A stretch of DNA of 64,000 nt from Mobula hypostoma (taxonomy: Eukaryota): positions 112,408,001 through 112,472,000 of the forward strand of contig NC_086097.1 of the NCBI RefSeq assembly GCF_963921235.1. Reading direction: 5' to 3'. This document shows, in pieces, positions 1 to 13,916 of the stretch. Within the stretch, counting starts at the first letter, position 1. Each line of letters starts with the position of its first letter. Made by a program: the position numbers and the translations under genes. Below the pieces are notes generated by a model. It saw only the letters and a list, made by a program, of their open reading frames with translations, was not told where the DNA came from and ran no database searches.

Positions 1-1904
1 ACATTCATGGTCGACCCTGAATGATGGAAGCTCCCCAAAGGCTATGCAAATTGAGGGCCAACATCAGTTCTAAACTGATTTAGATTGTGAGAGATCATTG
101 AGAAGTATCAACAATTGAAGACTCACTCTTCAAAACTATATTTCTATGCATTCTTCCTGATTCCCAAAAATACCATGAGTCAACATTTGTCCTCATTTTT
201 ACCTCCATCTCCACCTTCATCCCAAGTGACTGGAATTCACTGTTATTTGGCAAGAAATGACGCAATGCTCGCTAACAATTCATCCCATGTTCAATGTGGC
301 TCAAGCACTTTACAGCCATACATTAGTGTCAAAGAAATTGCTCCGTCACCCTGTTACACGCTACATTCCACCCACAGGTATTGTCACTCACAGATACTTG
401 GACTTAATGAGGGATCTGAAAGGTGCAATGTGACTCTTCACTTAGGGGCAGGTGGCACATCTCAGACTTGTACAGATTTCCCTACGTTCCTTTGGGGTAT
501 TTCCTTCAGATCCTTCACCAATATTTTAAGTTAATTATAAGTGATTTTAGGTAACTGATTTTGTAATTTTAGAATAAAAATATTCACTTTTAATAACTAA
601 TGTATCTGTGAATATCAGACATTTAAAACCTATTAATACCTTTCAGAGTCAGCACATTGGTTGGCAGTAGTTTTTATTTATCAATGCTTTGATGTATGTC
701 TAAGGATGGGCTATCCTCACTGTTTCGCTGGAGACCCTTTGCCATGGATAGCATGCTGACAGAAGCAGGGATGCTTTTGTACAGTATGATAGGCTCTCTG
801 CATCTGGCCAGGAATGGGACTGACACTGCTGTCTCCAAGCAGGGGTCCCTGCAATGCCTCTCAAGATCTTACACATTTCAACGAAGCACCTTCTCATCCT
901 TCTAAATCGCAGCAGATGCAAACAAAAATCTTATAGATTAGTTAATTAACACAATTAAAATCCTACAGCTGCCAAAATGTGTTTTGAACTCACATATTTA
1001 GATTATTATTCCAAGGTTCAAGTTTACAATTCCAGTAATTTAACTATTATGCCAGTATTCAAAATTAATGACTGTCTTCAAAGTTAATAATCACGCAATT
1101 AAACCTATAAGCAGCACTATGGTACCATTAACTTAGGACCTTGCATTATCTGCCCAACAGTATCTACACATCCATAGAATCTGACACACTGCACTCCTGT
1201 TACCAGTGACTTGCTGAAGATCAATAACAGGGATGTCTTAACTCATGGACAAAAAAGCTTAAAGGTGGCCCTAAAACTTACCTGGAGGAAACATGAAATT
1301 TCATTGGATAATACTGGATAAATGAGTAGGATTCTAAATTAATTTATAGGCTGCTCTATTTTAAATACGGTGGGTTAAGTGAAAGGAGATGATATAATTA
1401 TTATTCTATCCAGCATTTTACATTGAAATTTATATTCAGTGAATTCCATTTGGACAAACAATTTAGTTGTGTGCAATCTCATTGGCATTCCTGATTAAAT
1501 GCACATTGTGCGTTTGGAATATTGTAATGTGACCTTAGCAAAAATAAGCTTGATTAATCTGGTGTTTTAAAATAGTCATTTAACTTTGAACTACAGTCCA
1601 ACAACTGCAATTCTGGAAAATTTACATGCTGAAGATGTTCCCATTGGCCTTTAAGATGCTGTTCTCTTGAAATGCTTGGACCAAATTTGATTTGACAATC
1701 TTTCCTAAAGCATTACCATTTAGGTCCCCTGTGATTAACCCACTGTTAAAGTGCGGATGCCATAATCAGTAATCTTCATGCCAGTACAAAGAAAACTGAC
1801 ATCTTTGCCGCACAGTAGAATCTGCTGACCGCTAACTATTTTGTGTTGCACTGCTCCCGCAAAACAAAAAAAATCATGGCACATGTCAGTGATATTATCC
1901 AGTT

Positions 1905-2280
1905 TTAGATTCATAGAGTACTACAGCACAGAAACAGGATCTCCTAGTCCATGCTGTACCACTATTCTGCTTAGTCCCATCTACCCACACATGGACCATA
2001 GCCCACCATACCTCTTCCATGCACGTACCTTTCCAAATTGCTCTTAAACGTTGGAATCAAACTCGCATCTACCATTTCCACTGGCAGCTCATTTCACACT
2101 CTTATCATCCTCTGAATGAAGAAGATCCTACTCATGTTCCCCCTAAACATCTTACCTTTGATCTTTAACCCATGACCTCTGGTTTTAGTGCCAACCTCAG
2201 CAGAAGAAGTCTGCTTGCATTTTCCCTATCAATACCCCTCATAATTTTGTATACCTATATCAAATGTCCCCTCATTAAAC
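1905..2280 (-). mobile_element. Degraded CR1 LINE 3' end
   Basis: Reverse complement resembles the CR1 ORF2 C-terminus and 3'UTR found elsewhere in this window (e.g. 22350-22770). Confidence 0.7.
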
Positions 2281-2744
2281 CTGAGTCTAATTCTAATGCA
2301 GATTCCAAACATCCACGAGTCCCAACACAAATTTCTACAATGAGCACCTTAAAAATGAAGTAGAAGGTAGACAAGTTTAGCTGGGCCTGTACATAATGGG
2401 ATCCTGTCTTGAGCTACTAATGTCCACATGTTCTAGTTTGGGGTGGAATCTCAGTCAACCCAGGCAACGTCACTGATTTCAAACAAGGGAGAGATCCAAA
2501 GAACTCTCTCCTTGCTGGAAAACACCCTGTCAGGCAGTGTGCCAATGGCTGGCATCCTGGATAAGAGGAGGAAATGCACACTTTCAACAAAAAATGTATT
2601 CCTCATGTCCAGGGAAGATGGGGCTCTGTTCTCTTGCTGCTGGTCTCCTCAACATCCAGCTCCTCTGTGACAGCAATTAACATGTGAATATTTGAAGTCA
2701 TTTTCTTCTTTTAAATCAACTTAAAAATGTAGTGGTTTTCCTGG

Positions 2745-3660
2745 AATATAGACCACAGCAACTATAACAAAGTACAGGCACTTTAACCTTATATCCTGCT
2801 CTAAGATCAACCTAAACCTTCCATCCTATGTAGCCCGTTTTTCAACCTTTCCTGTGCTTATTTAAGAGTCTCTTAAATGTCCCTAATGCATCTGCCTCTA
2901 CCACCACCCCCGGCAGCATATTCCACACTCCCACCACATTCAGTGTAAAAAACACACCTCTAACATATCCACAGTACTTTCTTGCAATTACCTTAAGATT
3001 ATACCTCCTTGTATAAGTCATTTCTGCTCAGGGAAAAAGTCTCTGTATATCTGCTCGATCGATCACCTTATCATCTTATATACATCTATCAAGTCACCTT
3101 TCATCCTTCTTTGCTTCAAAAAGAAAAGCCCTGGCTTGCTGATTCTATCCTCATGAGACATGATCTCCAATACAGGTATCATCTTGGTAAATCACCTTGC
3201 ACCGTTTCTAAAGCATACACACCCTTCCTATAATGTGGCAACCAGAAACGAGCATAATATTCCAAGTGTGGTCTAACCAAGGTTCTATAGAGCTGCAACA
3301 TTGTTTTGAGACTCTGAACTCAATCCCCTGACTAATGAAGGCCACCTTCTTAACAACCCTATCAACTTGCACAGTAACTTTGATCTATGGACGCGGATCC
3401 CAAGATCCCTCTGTTTCTTCACACTGCTAAGAATCCTGCCATTAGCTCTGTATTCTGCCTTCAAATTCAACCTTCAAAGTGAATCATTTCACACTTTTCT
3501 GGGTTGAGTTCCACCTGCTACTTCTCAGCCCACCTCTACATCTTGTCAATGTCCTTTTGTAACCTGAGACAACCTTCTACACTATCCATAACTCTACAAA
3601 CCTTCACATCATCCGCAAACTTACTAACGCACCCTTCTACTTCCTCATTCAAGTCATTAA
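2745..3660 (-). mobile_element. Degraded CR1 LINE (RT C-terminal half plus 3'UTR)
   Basis: ORF fragments 3536..3718(-) 'INDLNEEVEGCVSKFADDVK' and 3285..3470(-) 'QRDLGIRVHRS'. Confidence 0.85.
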
Positions 3661-3709
3661 TTTGAGATGGAGTCCATGCTACAATATATGTTTTTGTATA
3701 CAAAGAAGT

Positions 3710-4250
3710 AGTGAACATTTACTGAATTATGTACATCAGCATCAGAAATTGCACAAGAAATCCAATATGCAGTATTAGGAAAATGGAAGAATTGAGATAA
3801 GGGTGGAAGTCATCAGCGACATATGGAAATTTATGCTGTTCAGATGTTTTTACTGGGGAGGACAAAATAGATTTATGGAACTACAAGTCAGGAGGAAGGT
3901 TCATAGTGACCTTTGCTATTTAGGAGATCTCATTAAAGTCTATAACATTTTCATAGCACTTGACAGTGTATGTGCATGTTGGATGTTTCGCTGAGGACCC
4001 CAGGAGCAGGGGTACAGTTTAAGGATGAAGGGTTGGTCATATAAGACTGAAGTGAGGAAAAAGTTTTGTAATTAACTACCCTGGAGCTTTTTGGAAGTTC
4101 AGTCATTATTTCATTCAAACAATTTTATTAGATTACTAGGCTTTTAACCAATTGAGAGACATGGCTAAAGTGCTGGAAAATGGCAGTGAGATGGAAAATC
4201 TAGACAAATGGTGGAACAGGTCATAAGAGCTGCTTCTGAAATTCTTTAGT
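3710..4250 (+). mobile_element. Highly degraded CR1 3' fragment
   Basis: 'GDLIKVYNI..LD' and 'aggggtacagtttaaggatgaaggg' match the CR1 C-terminal region. Confidence 0.6.
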
Positions 4251-4344
4251 GATCTTGTAGTTACCAGGTTGATATCTGACCCAATGTAGTTGACTCTAAA
4301 CTGACATTTGAAATGGCTTTGCTAGCAGCTTACTGGTATCAAAA

Positions 4345-4710
4345 GGAGGCACTGTCCTAAGATCCTGACCCTCTGGGCCATGTCATCTCCTTGCAGCTAC
4401 CATCAGGTGGGAGGTACAGAGGCCTGAAGTCCAACACCACCAGGCTCAAGACAGCTCCTTCCCTTCAACTATTCTGTTCTTGAACCAACCGGCAAAACCC
4501 AAATCACTACAGTTTAGCAACACTCTGACCACTTCGTACTAAAATTGACTTTTATTTGTTCTAATTGTGTTCCTTCTTGAAAAACTAATTTTATTTATGC
4601 TTAATTAATGTTTTTCTTGTGACTATTGCTTATACAAGTGTTTGCAATTCTGCTGTAAGCTTTTCATTTCATCTGTGCATATGACAATATACTCAGTTTG
4701 GACTGTATTA
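4345..4710 (+). mobile_element. Rex1/Babar-like (L2 group) LINE 3' end
   Basis: 'ctaccatcaggtgggaggtacagaggcctgaag' encodes an LPSGRRYRSL-type motif; T-rich 3'UTR follows. Confidence 0.65.
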
Positions 4711-4899
4711 ATGTTAGTAAGCTAAGTAAAAATTAATCTATTGAACCTGTTAGCATGTCAAAAACAGCAAGGTCCTTTACAACTCAGATAACCACGCAAA
4801 GTCCATGGTGAACAAATGAGAATTGGGGTTTATCCTAAAGACTTAATACCATGATAGTCATATACACTGAATCACACTGTGCAAACCAGTGCCAGACAC

Positions 4900-5300
4900 C
4901 TCCATCACAATCCCTGCATACGTTCTGTCCCACTTGCATTACACACCAACCTGTGATGGTGAGACAATGACAAATGGGTGAGAGGAAGTGAACCTGGCAC
5001 TCCTTAACTGTGAATCTAAACCCCGTGAGGTGTCACAAAAGATAATAGCACGTGGGCAACCATCTGCTGATTATCACCTGCTGTCCCTGCCACCCCACCA
5101 TGTCACTTCATCTCCAGCCATGTTGAAAGTAACACACTGAGTAGCAAGGGGACAAAATATGGTTCAGGTGGTATTTCAATTTATAATACCGTGGATCAAA
5201 ATGGCATGGTTTGAATGGCCAAATGAGCAGAAAGGCATGCCAGGAGCAGTACCAGGTCAAGTTACAAACACAACTTGTTAAGCTGACTATCTACTATGAC
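4900..5300 (+). mobile_element. Very old CR1/L2-group endonuclease-region fragment
   Basis: Weak resemblance to APE-domain coding sequence near 5060-5180; heavily decayed. Confidence 0.35.
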
Positions 5301-5404
5301 AGCGGTAAAAGCCTGTTGCAGAGAGAACCACAAAACGGTCTGGGGAAATTGAGTGTGAATTTAGCAGGGTACGACATGTTTAAGGACCTTTAAGTTAGAA
5401 GTGG

Positions 5405-5860
5405 ACTGAGCATTTGCAAGGATTTGCATGGAGAGCATTCTGACAGGCTGCATCACTGTCTGGTATGGAGGGGCTACTGCACAGGACTGAAAGAAGCTGC
5501 AGAAGGTTGTAAATCTAGTCAGCTCCATCCTGGGCACTAGCCTACAAAGTACCCAGGACACCTTCAGGGAGCAGTGTCTCAGAAAGGCAGCGTCCATTAT
5601 TAAGGACCTCCAGCACCCAGGGTATGCCCTTTACTCACTGTTACCATCAGGTAGGAGATACAGAAGCCTGAAGGCTCACATTCAGTGATTCAGGAACAGC
5701 TTCTTCCCCTCTGCCATCCAATTCCTAAATGGACATTGAAGCTTTGGACACTACCTCACCTTTTTTTAAATATACAGTATTTTTGTTTTTGCACATTTTT
5801 AAAAAATCTATTCATATACGTAATTGATTTACTTGTTAATTTATTATGTTTTATTTTTTT
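5405..5860 (+). mobile_element. Rex1/Babar-like LINE 3' end
   Basis: Encodes ESILTGCITVWYG...HPGYALYSLLPSGRRYRSLK...NSFFPSAI. Confidence 0.8.
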
Positions 5861-5879
5861 TTCTCCCTCCACAGTCTCC

Positions 5880-6140
5880 AAAACATTTTCAAGGAGTGAT
5901 GACTCACTAAAGGCAGCGTTCATCATTCAGGACCCCCATCACCCAGGACATGCCCTTTTCTCATCGCTGCCATCAGGAAGGAGGTACAGAAGCCTGAAGA
6001 CACACACTCAATGATTTAGGAACAGCTTCTTCCCTTCTGCCATCCAATTTCTTTATGGATATTGAACCCATGAACACTACCTCACTGGTACTGAAAAAAT
6101 TTCACAATGTACACCAGTGATATTAAGTCTGATTCTGATT
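5880..6140 (+). mobile_element. Second Rex1/Babar-like 3' end
   Basis: ORF 5685..6014 ends 'DPHHPGHALFSSLPSGRRYRSLKTHT'; tail 'ctgattctgatt'. Confidence 0.8.
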
Positions 6141-6691
6141 CATGAGGTTAATAATGTTGTTTGTAATAATAGTAGGATTATTAATGTAGTGTTGAGTGAG
6201 TAAGACCATAAATTCTGTATTATTTCTAGAACTTCCTTCCTTGAAGAGGAGAAGTTATGTATGAGTAGGATCTTGCTTAGACCAACCTGAAATATCAATT
6301 ATACTGTTTTGGAGGGGGCATAATCTTTATGAATGGCAGAATATATTTAAGTGGATTAATTGCAGGCTCTTATTCTGTATTCTTGTTTTTTTTGTCTCTT
6401 CATTAAGGATATTGACAGACTTGAGAAACTGCAAATAAAGGTTTTGAGGTTTAATAACAAAGTGGAAAGGCTACTTTCTTCGGGGAAAAGAAAACATATG
6501 CAAAACTGTTTGGGGTAAAGGTTTAAGCTGGAAATTTCTTAATAATTTTATGGATATCAGTGACATTAAAATATCCACAAAATTTCATGATAAAAACAAG
6601 TTTAATTTGATTATCTCAGGTGTGGAATGTGTGACGAGCGACACTTGGAGGTTGCCCCCAGCATATCCTGAGGCTGTTTTGGATGTTAGCA

Positions 6692-8425
6692 CATAGAAAC
6701 ATAGAAACATAGAAAATAGGTGCAGGAGTAGGCCATTCGGCCCTTCGAGCCTGCACCGCCATTTATTATGATCATGGCTGATCATCCAACTCAGAACCCC
6801 GCCCCAGCCTTCCCTCCATACCCCCTGACCCCCATAGCCACAAGGGCCATATCTAACTCCCTCTTAAATATAGCCAATGAACTGGCCTCAACTGTTTCCT
6901 GTGGCAGAGAATTCCACAGATTCACCACTCTCTGTGTGAAGAAGTTTTTCCTAATCTCGGTCCTAAAAGGCTTCCCCTCTATCCTCAAACTGTGGCCCCT
7001 CGTTCTGGACTTCCCCAACATCGGGAACAATCTTCCTGCATCTAGCCTGTCCAAACCCTTTAGGATCTTATATGTTTCAATCAGATCCCCCCTCTATCTT
7101 CTAAATTCCAGCGAGTACAAGCCCAGTTCATCCAGTCTTTCTTCATATGAAAGTCCTGCCATCCCAGGAATCAATCTGGTGAACCTTCTTTGTACTCCCT
7201 CTAAGGCAAGGATGTCTTTCCTCAGATTAGGGGACCAAAACTGCACACAATACTCCAGATGTGGTCTCACCAAGGCCTTGTACAACTGCAGTAGTACCTC
7301 CCTGCTCCTGTACTCGAATCCTCTTGCTATGAATGCCAGCATACCATTCGCCTTTTTCACCGCCTGCTGTACCTGCATGCCCACTTTCAATGACTGGTGT
7401 ATAATGACACCCAGGTCTCGTTGCACCTCCCCTTTTCCTAATTGGCCACCATTCAGATAATAATCTGTTTTCCTATTTTTGCCACCAAAGTGGATAACTT
7501 CACATTTATCCACATTAAATTGCATCTGCCATGAATTTGCCCACTCACCCAACCTATCCAAGTCACCCTGCATCCTCTTAGCATCCTCCTCACAGCTAAC
7601 ACTGCCACCCAGCTTTGTGTCATCCGCAAACTTGGAGATGCTGCATTTAATTCCCTCATCCAAGTCATTAATATATATTGTAAACAACTGGGGTCCCAGC
7701 ACTGAGCCTTGTGGTACCCCACTAGTCACCGCCTGCCATTCTGAAATGGTCCCGTTTATTCCCACTCTTTGCTTCCTGTCTGCTGACCAATTCTCCACCC
7801 ACATCAATACCTTACCCCCAATACCATGTGCTTTAAGTTTGCACACTAATCTCCTGTGTGGGACCTTGTCAAAAGCCTTTTGAAAATCCAAATATACCAC
7901 ATCCACTGGTTCTCCCCTATCCACTCTACTAGTTATATCCTCAAAAAATTCTATGAGATTCGTCAGACATGATTTTCCTTTCACAAATCCATGCTGACTT
8001 TGTCTGATCATTTCACCGCTTTCCAAATGTGCTGTTATCACATCCTTGATAACTGACTCCAGCAGTTTCCCCACCACTGACGTTAGGCTAACCGGTCTAT
8101 AATTCCCCGGTTTCTCTCTCCCTCCTTTTTTAAAAAGTGGAGTTACGTTAGCCACCCTCCAATCCTCAGGAACTAGTCCAGAATCTAATGAGTTTTGAAA
8201 AATTATCACTAATGCATCCACTATTTCTTGGACTACTTCCTTAAGCACTCTAGGATGCAGACCATCTGGCCCTGGGGATTTATCTGCCTTCAATCCCTTC
8301 AATTTACCTAACACCACTTCCCTACTAACATGTATTTCGCTCAGTTCCTCCATCTCACTGGACCCTCTGTCCCCTACTATTTCTGGAAGATTATTTATGT
8401 CCTCCTTAGTGAAGACAGAACCAAA
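6692..8425 (-). mobile_element. Young CR1 LINE, 5'-truncated (RT domain, 3'UTR, (TTTCTATG)n tail)
   Basis: ORF 7094..8353(-) 419 aa with KSPGPDG, YLDFQKAFDKV, GVPQGSVLGP and KFADD; near-identical to the copies at 25.2, 36.7, 38.7 and 41.6 kb; premature TAG at 7094-7096. Confidence 0.97.
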
Positions 8426-8453
8426 TGATTCACTTCACTATATGTTTTGATGT

Positions 8454-8808
8454 TCGTTCATTATGTGCAACATTGTACGATCTAGGCAATCATGGTCGTT
8501 CTTGGTAATTTTTGCTACAGAAGTAGCTTGCCTTCTTCTGGGCAGTGTCTTTACAAGATGGGTGACCCCAGCCATTATCAATACTGTTTGGAGGTTGTCT
8601 GCCTGGCGTCAGTGTCGCATAACCTGGTTTTGTGATCTGCACCAGCTGCTCATACGATCATCCACCACCTGCTCCCATGGTTTCTTGTGACCCTGCTTGG
8701 GGGGCTAAGGAGGTGTCACACTTTGTCCAAGGATGACTTGCTGGCTAGTGGAGGGAAGGAACACCTTACACCTCCTTTGGTAGAGACATATCTTCAAGCT
8801 GCCACCCA
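8454..8808 (-). mobile_element. Non-autonomous retroposon (RTE-like), 12-bp TSD
   Basis: TSD atgttttgatgt at 8442-8453 and 8809-8820; homologous copy in the opposite orientation at 18718-19060. The RTE assignment is inference. Confidence 0.7.
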
Positions 8809-9199
8809 ATGTTTTGATGTAATTGTAATAAATAACTGAATCTAAATATGAAGTACAACCACACCTTGTTTTTTGGTCAAAGGCTTAAACAAGGTTAGGG
8901 CTCAGAAGTCCAACTACACACACTTACTGGCCATAATATTAGGTACACTTATAGACCTGCTCGTTAATGCAAATATCTAATCAGCCAATCAAGGGCAACA
9001 ACTCAACGCATGAAAGCATGCAGACAGAGTCAAGAGGTTCAGTTGTTGTTCATGCCAAATATCAGAATGGGGAAGAAATGTGAACTAAGTGACTTCATGA
9101 AATGATTGCTGGTGCCAGACAGGATGATTTGAGTATCTCAGGAACTGCTGATCTCCTGGGAATTTCACACACAACAGTCTGTGGAGTTTACAGAGAAAG

Positions 9200-12100
9200 G
9201 TGCCAGGAGAAGTAAGGGGAGCAAGTAGTTAGAGCAGGGTTTCTCTGTGGCAATTCCCCTGAGCAACAAGAATACCCCTTTGGATACTGGGAATGACCCA
9301 TCAGGGCACAGCAGTAGCAGCCAGGCCAGTGGCACTTTTGCTGGCTCTGAGGCTCAGCAGCAAAGTGTAACGTCAGGCAGAGCGGTAGTGATAGGAGACT
9401 TGATAGTTAGGGGGACGGACAGGAGATTCTGTGGTTGAGAAAGAGTAGTCAGGATGGTGTCTTCCTCCTAAGTACTAGAGCCCAGGAACTCTCAAAGCAG
9501 CTCTAGAAGATTCTCAAATGGGAGGATGAGCAGCCGGAGGTTTTGGAGCACTTTGGTACCAATGACATCGGTAGAAAGTGGGAAAAGGTCCTGTGCAATG
9601 AATAGAGGGAGTTAGGGGAGAGGTTGGAGAGCACGACTTTCACGGCAGTAATCTCTGGATTACTCTCAGTGCTAGTCAGGGCAGGAATAGGATGATGGCA
9701 CAGATAAATGAGTAGTTGAGGAAGTGGTGCAGGGGGCAGAGTTTCAGATTCTTGATTATTGGGATATTTTCTGGGAAAGGTATGACCAGCACAAAAAAAA
9801 GATGGGATACATCTGAACCCGTTAGGGACCAATGTGCCTGTGGGAAGGTTTGCTAGTGCTATTGGGGAGGGCTTAAATTAAACTGGCAGGGGTATGAGAA
9901 GCAGAGTGATAGGGATGAGGATGGGACAGTTGGCATTGTCTGAGAGGATGGACAAGCAGACGATAGGGCAAAATTACAGTCAGTGGATTGAGGTGAAGTG
10001 TAACATGGGGGCAAAATTGAAAAGGGTGATGAATACAGGATGGAAGGTGTTATACATGAATGCACAGAGTATATGGAATAAGGTAGATGACCTTGTAGCA
10101 TGGTTAGAGATTGGCAGGTATGATGTTGTGGACATCACTGAGATGTGGCTAAATGAAGATTATATTTGGGGTCTTAACACCGAAGTATACATCCTGTATC
10201 GATAGTATAGGAAGGTAGGCAGAGAAGGGGTGGGGTGGCTCTGTTGGCAAAAAATGAAATCAAATCCTTAGAAAGAGGTGACATGGATCAAAAGATGTAG
10301 AATTCATGTGGGTAGCCTTAAGAAACTGTAAGGGTAAAAGGTCCTGATGCGAGTTATATACAGACCCCTGAACCGTAGCCAGGATGTGGGATATAAATTT
10401 CCACAGGAAATAGGAAAGGCATGTAATCAGTCATGGGGGATTTCAATATACATGTAGATTGGTAAAATCAGGTTGGTGCTGGATCCCAAGAGAAGAAATT
10501 TGTAAAATGCCTAGGAGATGGTTTTTTAGAGCAGCTTGTGGTTAAGCCCACTACGGGAACAGAAATTCTTGATTGGGTGTTGTGTAATGTACCAGATTTG
10601 ATTAGGGAGCTTCAAGTAATGGAACTCTTAGGAGGCAGTGATCATAATATGAGGGAATTTGCCAAGCTGCTTGAGAGAGAGAGAGCAAGTCGTATGTAAC
10701 AATATCACACTGGAATAAAAGGAATTACAGAGGCATGAGAGAGGACCTGGCCAAAGTTGATTAAAAGGAACACCAGCAGGGCTGACAGCAGAATAGCAAT
10801 GGTTGGAATTTCTGGGGGCACTTCGGAAAGCACTGGATAGACACATCCCAAAGATGAAGAAATATTCCAAAGGAAGGATAAGGCAACCATGGGTGACAAG
10901 GGAAGTTAAGGACAGCATAAAAGCAAAAGGGGGCCTAAAACATAGCAAAAATGGGTGGGAAGTTAGAGGATTGAAAAGCTTTTATAAACCAACAGAAGGC
11001 AATTAATAAAAAAAATCCTAAGGAGTGAAAAGATGATATATGAAGTTAAAATAGTCAGTAAGTTAAAAGAAGATACCAATTTTTTTTCTGGTCTATAAAG
11101 AGCAAAAGAGAAATGAGAATGGATATTGAACTGCTGGAAAATGACACTGGAGAGGTCGTAATGAGGGACAAAGAAATGGCAGAGGAACTTAATAGGTATT
11201 TTGTGATATTCTTCACTGTGGAAGACGGTAGCAGTATAACAGAAATTTCAGAGTGTCGGTGGGGGGGGGGTAGAAGTGAGTGTAGTTGCTATTACTAAGA
11301 AGAAGGTGCTTGAGAAGCTGAAAGGTCTGAAGGTAGATAAGTCACCTGGATCAGATGGACTACCCCCCAGGTTTCTGAAAGAGGTAGCTGGAAAAGTTTG
11401 CAGAGGCATTAGCAATGATCTTTCAAGAATTGCTAGATTTTGAAATAGTTCTGGAGGACTGGAAAATTGCAAATGTCACTCCACTCTTTAAGAAGGAAGG
11501 GAGGCAGAAGATATGAAATTAAAGGCCATTTAGCCTCACCTCAGTGGTTGGGAAGATGTTGGAGTCCATTATTAAAGATGGGGCTTCAGGGTACTTGGAA
11601 GAGCATGATAAAGTAGGCCAAAGTCAGCATGGTTTCATTACGGGGTAATCTTGACTGAAAAATCTGTTGGAATTTTTTTGAGGAAATAACAAGCAGGATA
11701 GACAAAGGAGAGTCAGTGGATGTTGTTTCCTTGGATTTTCAGAAGGCATTTGACAAGGTGTTTCACATAAGGATGCTTAACAAGATAAGAGCCCGTGGTA
11801 TTACAGAAAAGATATTAGCATTGATAGAAGATTAGTTGGTTGGCAGGAGGCAAAGAGTAGGAATAAAGGGGGCCTATTCTGGTTGGCTGCCCATGCCTAG
11901 TGGTGTTTGGCAGGGGTCAGTATTGAAACCACTTCTTTTCACATTAAATGTCAACATTTAATGTGAAATTCATATTTGGATAATGAAATTGATAGCTTTA
12001 TGGCTAGGTTTTGCAGATGATGGACAGATAAGGGGAGGGGCAATTAGTATTAAGGAGGCAGGGATTCTGCATAAAGACTTGAACAGTTTGGGAGAATGGG

Positions 12101-12929
12101 CAAATAAGTGAGAGATGGAATATATTGTAGGGAAGTGTATTGCCATGCGCTTTGGTAGAAGGAATAAAGGGGTATACTATCTTTAAATGGGGAGAAAATT
12201 CAAAAATTAGTGGTGCAGTGGAACTTGTGAGTCTTTGTGTGAGATTCCCTAAAGGTTAACTTGCAGCTTAATTGGTGAGAAGAAAGGCAAATGCAATGTT
12301 AGCATTCATTTTGAGAGGACTATAATATAAGAGCAAGGACGTGATTCTGAAGTTTTTTAAGGCATTGGTCAGACTGCACTTGGAGTATTGTGAGCAGTTT
12401 TGGGACCTTTATCTACAAAACTTGTGCTGGCATTGGAGAGGGTCCAGTGAAGGTTACGAGAATGATTCTGGGAATGAAATGGTTAATGTATGAGGAATGC
12501 TAAATGGTGCTGGGCCTGTACTCATTGAGGTTTAGTAGTATGAGGGAGAATCTCATTGAAACCTATTGAACATTGAAAGGCCTAGGTAGTGGATGTGGAA
12601 AGGAAGTTTCCTGTAGCGGGTGCATCTAGGACTAGAGTTCACAGACTCAGAATAGAGGGCTGTCCATTTATAACAGATAAGAAGGCATTTCTTTAGCCAG
12701 AGGGTGGTGAATTAGGGGGAATTAATTGCCATGGACAGTTGTTGAGGCCAAATCATTGAGTACATTTAAAGCAGAGGTTGATAGGTGCTTGGATAGTCAG
12801 CACATCAAAGGTCATGAAGAGAAGGCCAAAGAATGGGGTTGAGAGGAATAATAAATTATCCATGATGGAAATGCGGAGAAGACTTGATAGGCTGACGTAG
12901 CCTAATTCTGCTCCTATGTCTTATGGTCA
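9200..12929 (+). mobile_element. Old near-full-length CR1 (ORF1 SGNH esterase region plus ORF2 APE-RT), pseudogenised
   Basis: 'AVVIGDLIVRGTDRRFCG', GTND, DG.HLN, 'LYMNAQSIWNK', 'ITEMWL' and RT motifs, with many stops and frameshifts. Confidence 0.92.
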
Positions 12930-12960
12930 TATAAAAACATCCATTGAGCAGCAGTTCTGT

Positions 12961-13656
12961 GACAAATATCTTCTGCACAATTTGCTTTTCCACTCAACTT
13001 AGTATCATCATCAAACTTAGATACACTACATTTGGTCCCCTGTTCCAGATCGTTAATGTATGTCATGAACAGTTGCGGGCCCAGCATTGACTCCTGCACT
13101 CACCACAGATTGCCAACCAGAGTAATACCCATGTATCCCAACTCTCTGCTCTCTACTAGTTAAGCAATTCACTATCCAAGCTAATACATCACCCCCAACT
13201 CAATGCATCCTTATCTTATGGATAAGTCTTTTATGTGGCACTTTTTATCGAATGCTTTCTGGAAATCCAAGTAAATAACATCCATCTGTTCCTCTCTATC
13301 CACTGCACTCATTATATCCTCAAAGAACTCCAGTAAGTTTGCCAAACAGGACCCTCCTTTGCTGAATTCATGCTGCTTCTGCCTAATGGATCCATTTCTT
13401 TCCAGATGCCACGCTATTTCTTCTTTAATGATAGCTTCAAGCATTTCTTCAACCACAGATGTTAAACTAACTGGCCTATAGTTACCTGCCTTTTGCCTAC
13501 TTCTTTTTTTGAACAGAGGCCATCTTCCAATCTGCCCAGAGTCCAGAGAATTTTGGTAAATCATCACCAAAGCCTCTACTATAACTTCTGCTATTTCTTT
13601 TAGTACCCTGGGATGCATTCCATCAGAACTAGGGGATTTATCTATTTTCAGGTCCA
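12961..13656 (-). mobile_element. CR1 internal RT fragment
   Basis: ORFs 13211..13657(-) and 12914..13099(-) contain YLDFQKAFDK and SKFDDDTK. Confidence 0.9.
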
Positions 13657-13676
13657 CAACAGTAGTGTGCAGAACG

Positions 13677-13916
13677 GAGGGTCTTCACTCGTGTGTCATA
13701 AGAGTGCGGATTGAACTGCCAGCACAAGTGTGCATGCGAGCTCAATCTCAACATTTAGGAGAAGTTTGGATAGGTACATGGATGGTAGGGGTAATGGAGG
13801 GCTAAGGTCCCAGTGCAAGTTGATGGAAGTAGGCAGATTGAATGGCTCGGCATGGAGTAGATGGGCTAAACGGCCTGTTTTGGAGCTATAATTTTTTTAT
13901 GACTCTATGGCTCTAT
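13677..13916 (+). mobile_element. CR1 3' terminal fragment
   Basis: CR1 3'UTR ending 'tatgactctatggctctat'. Confidence 0.75.

Noticed and set aside
696..921. Short ORFs or a possible exon near the window start
   Set aside because: The minus strand begins with a CR1-like 'FRRMRR..VEMCKILRGI' remnant; no convincing splice pair or recognisable product.
6768..7883. Long antisense ORFs (230 aa, 134 aa) repeated at several loci
   Set aside because: They are the reverse frames of CR1 ORF2 and recur only because the CR1 copies are near-identical.
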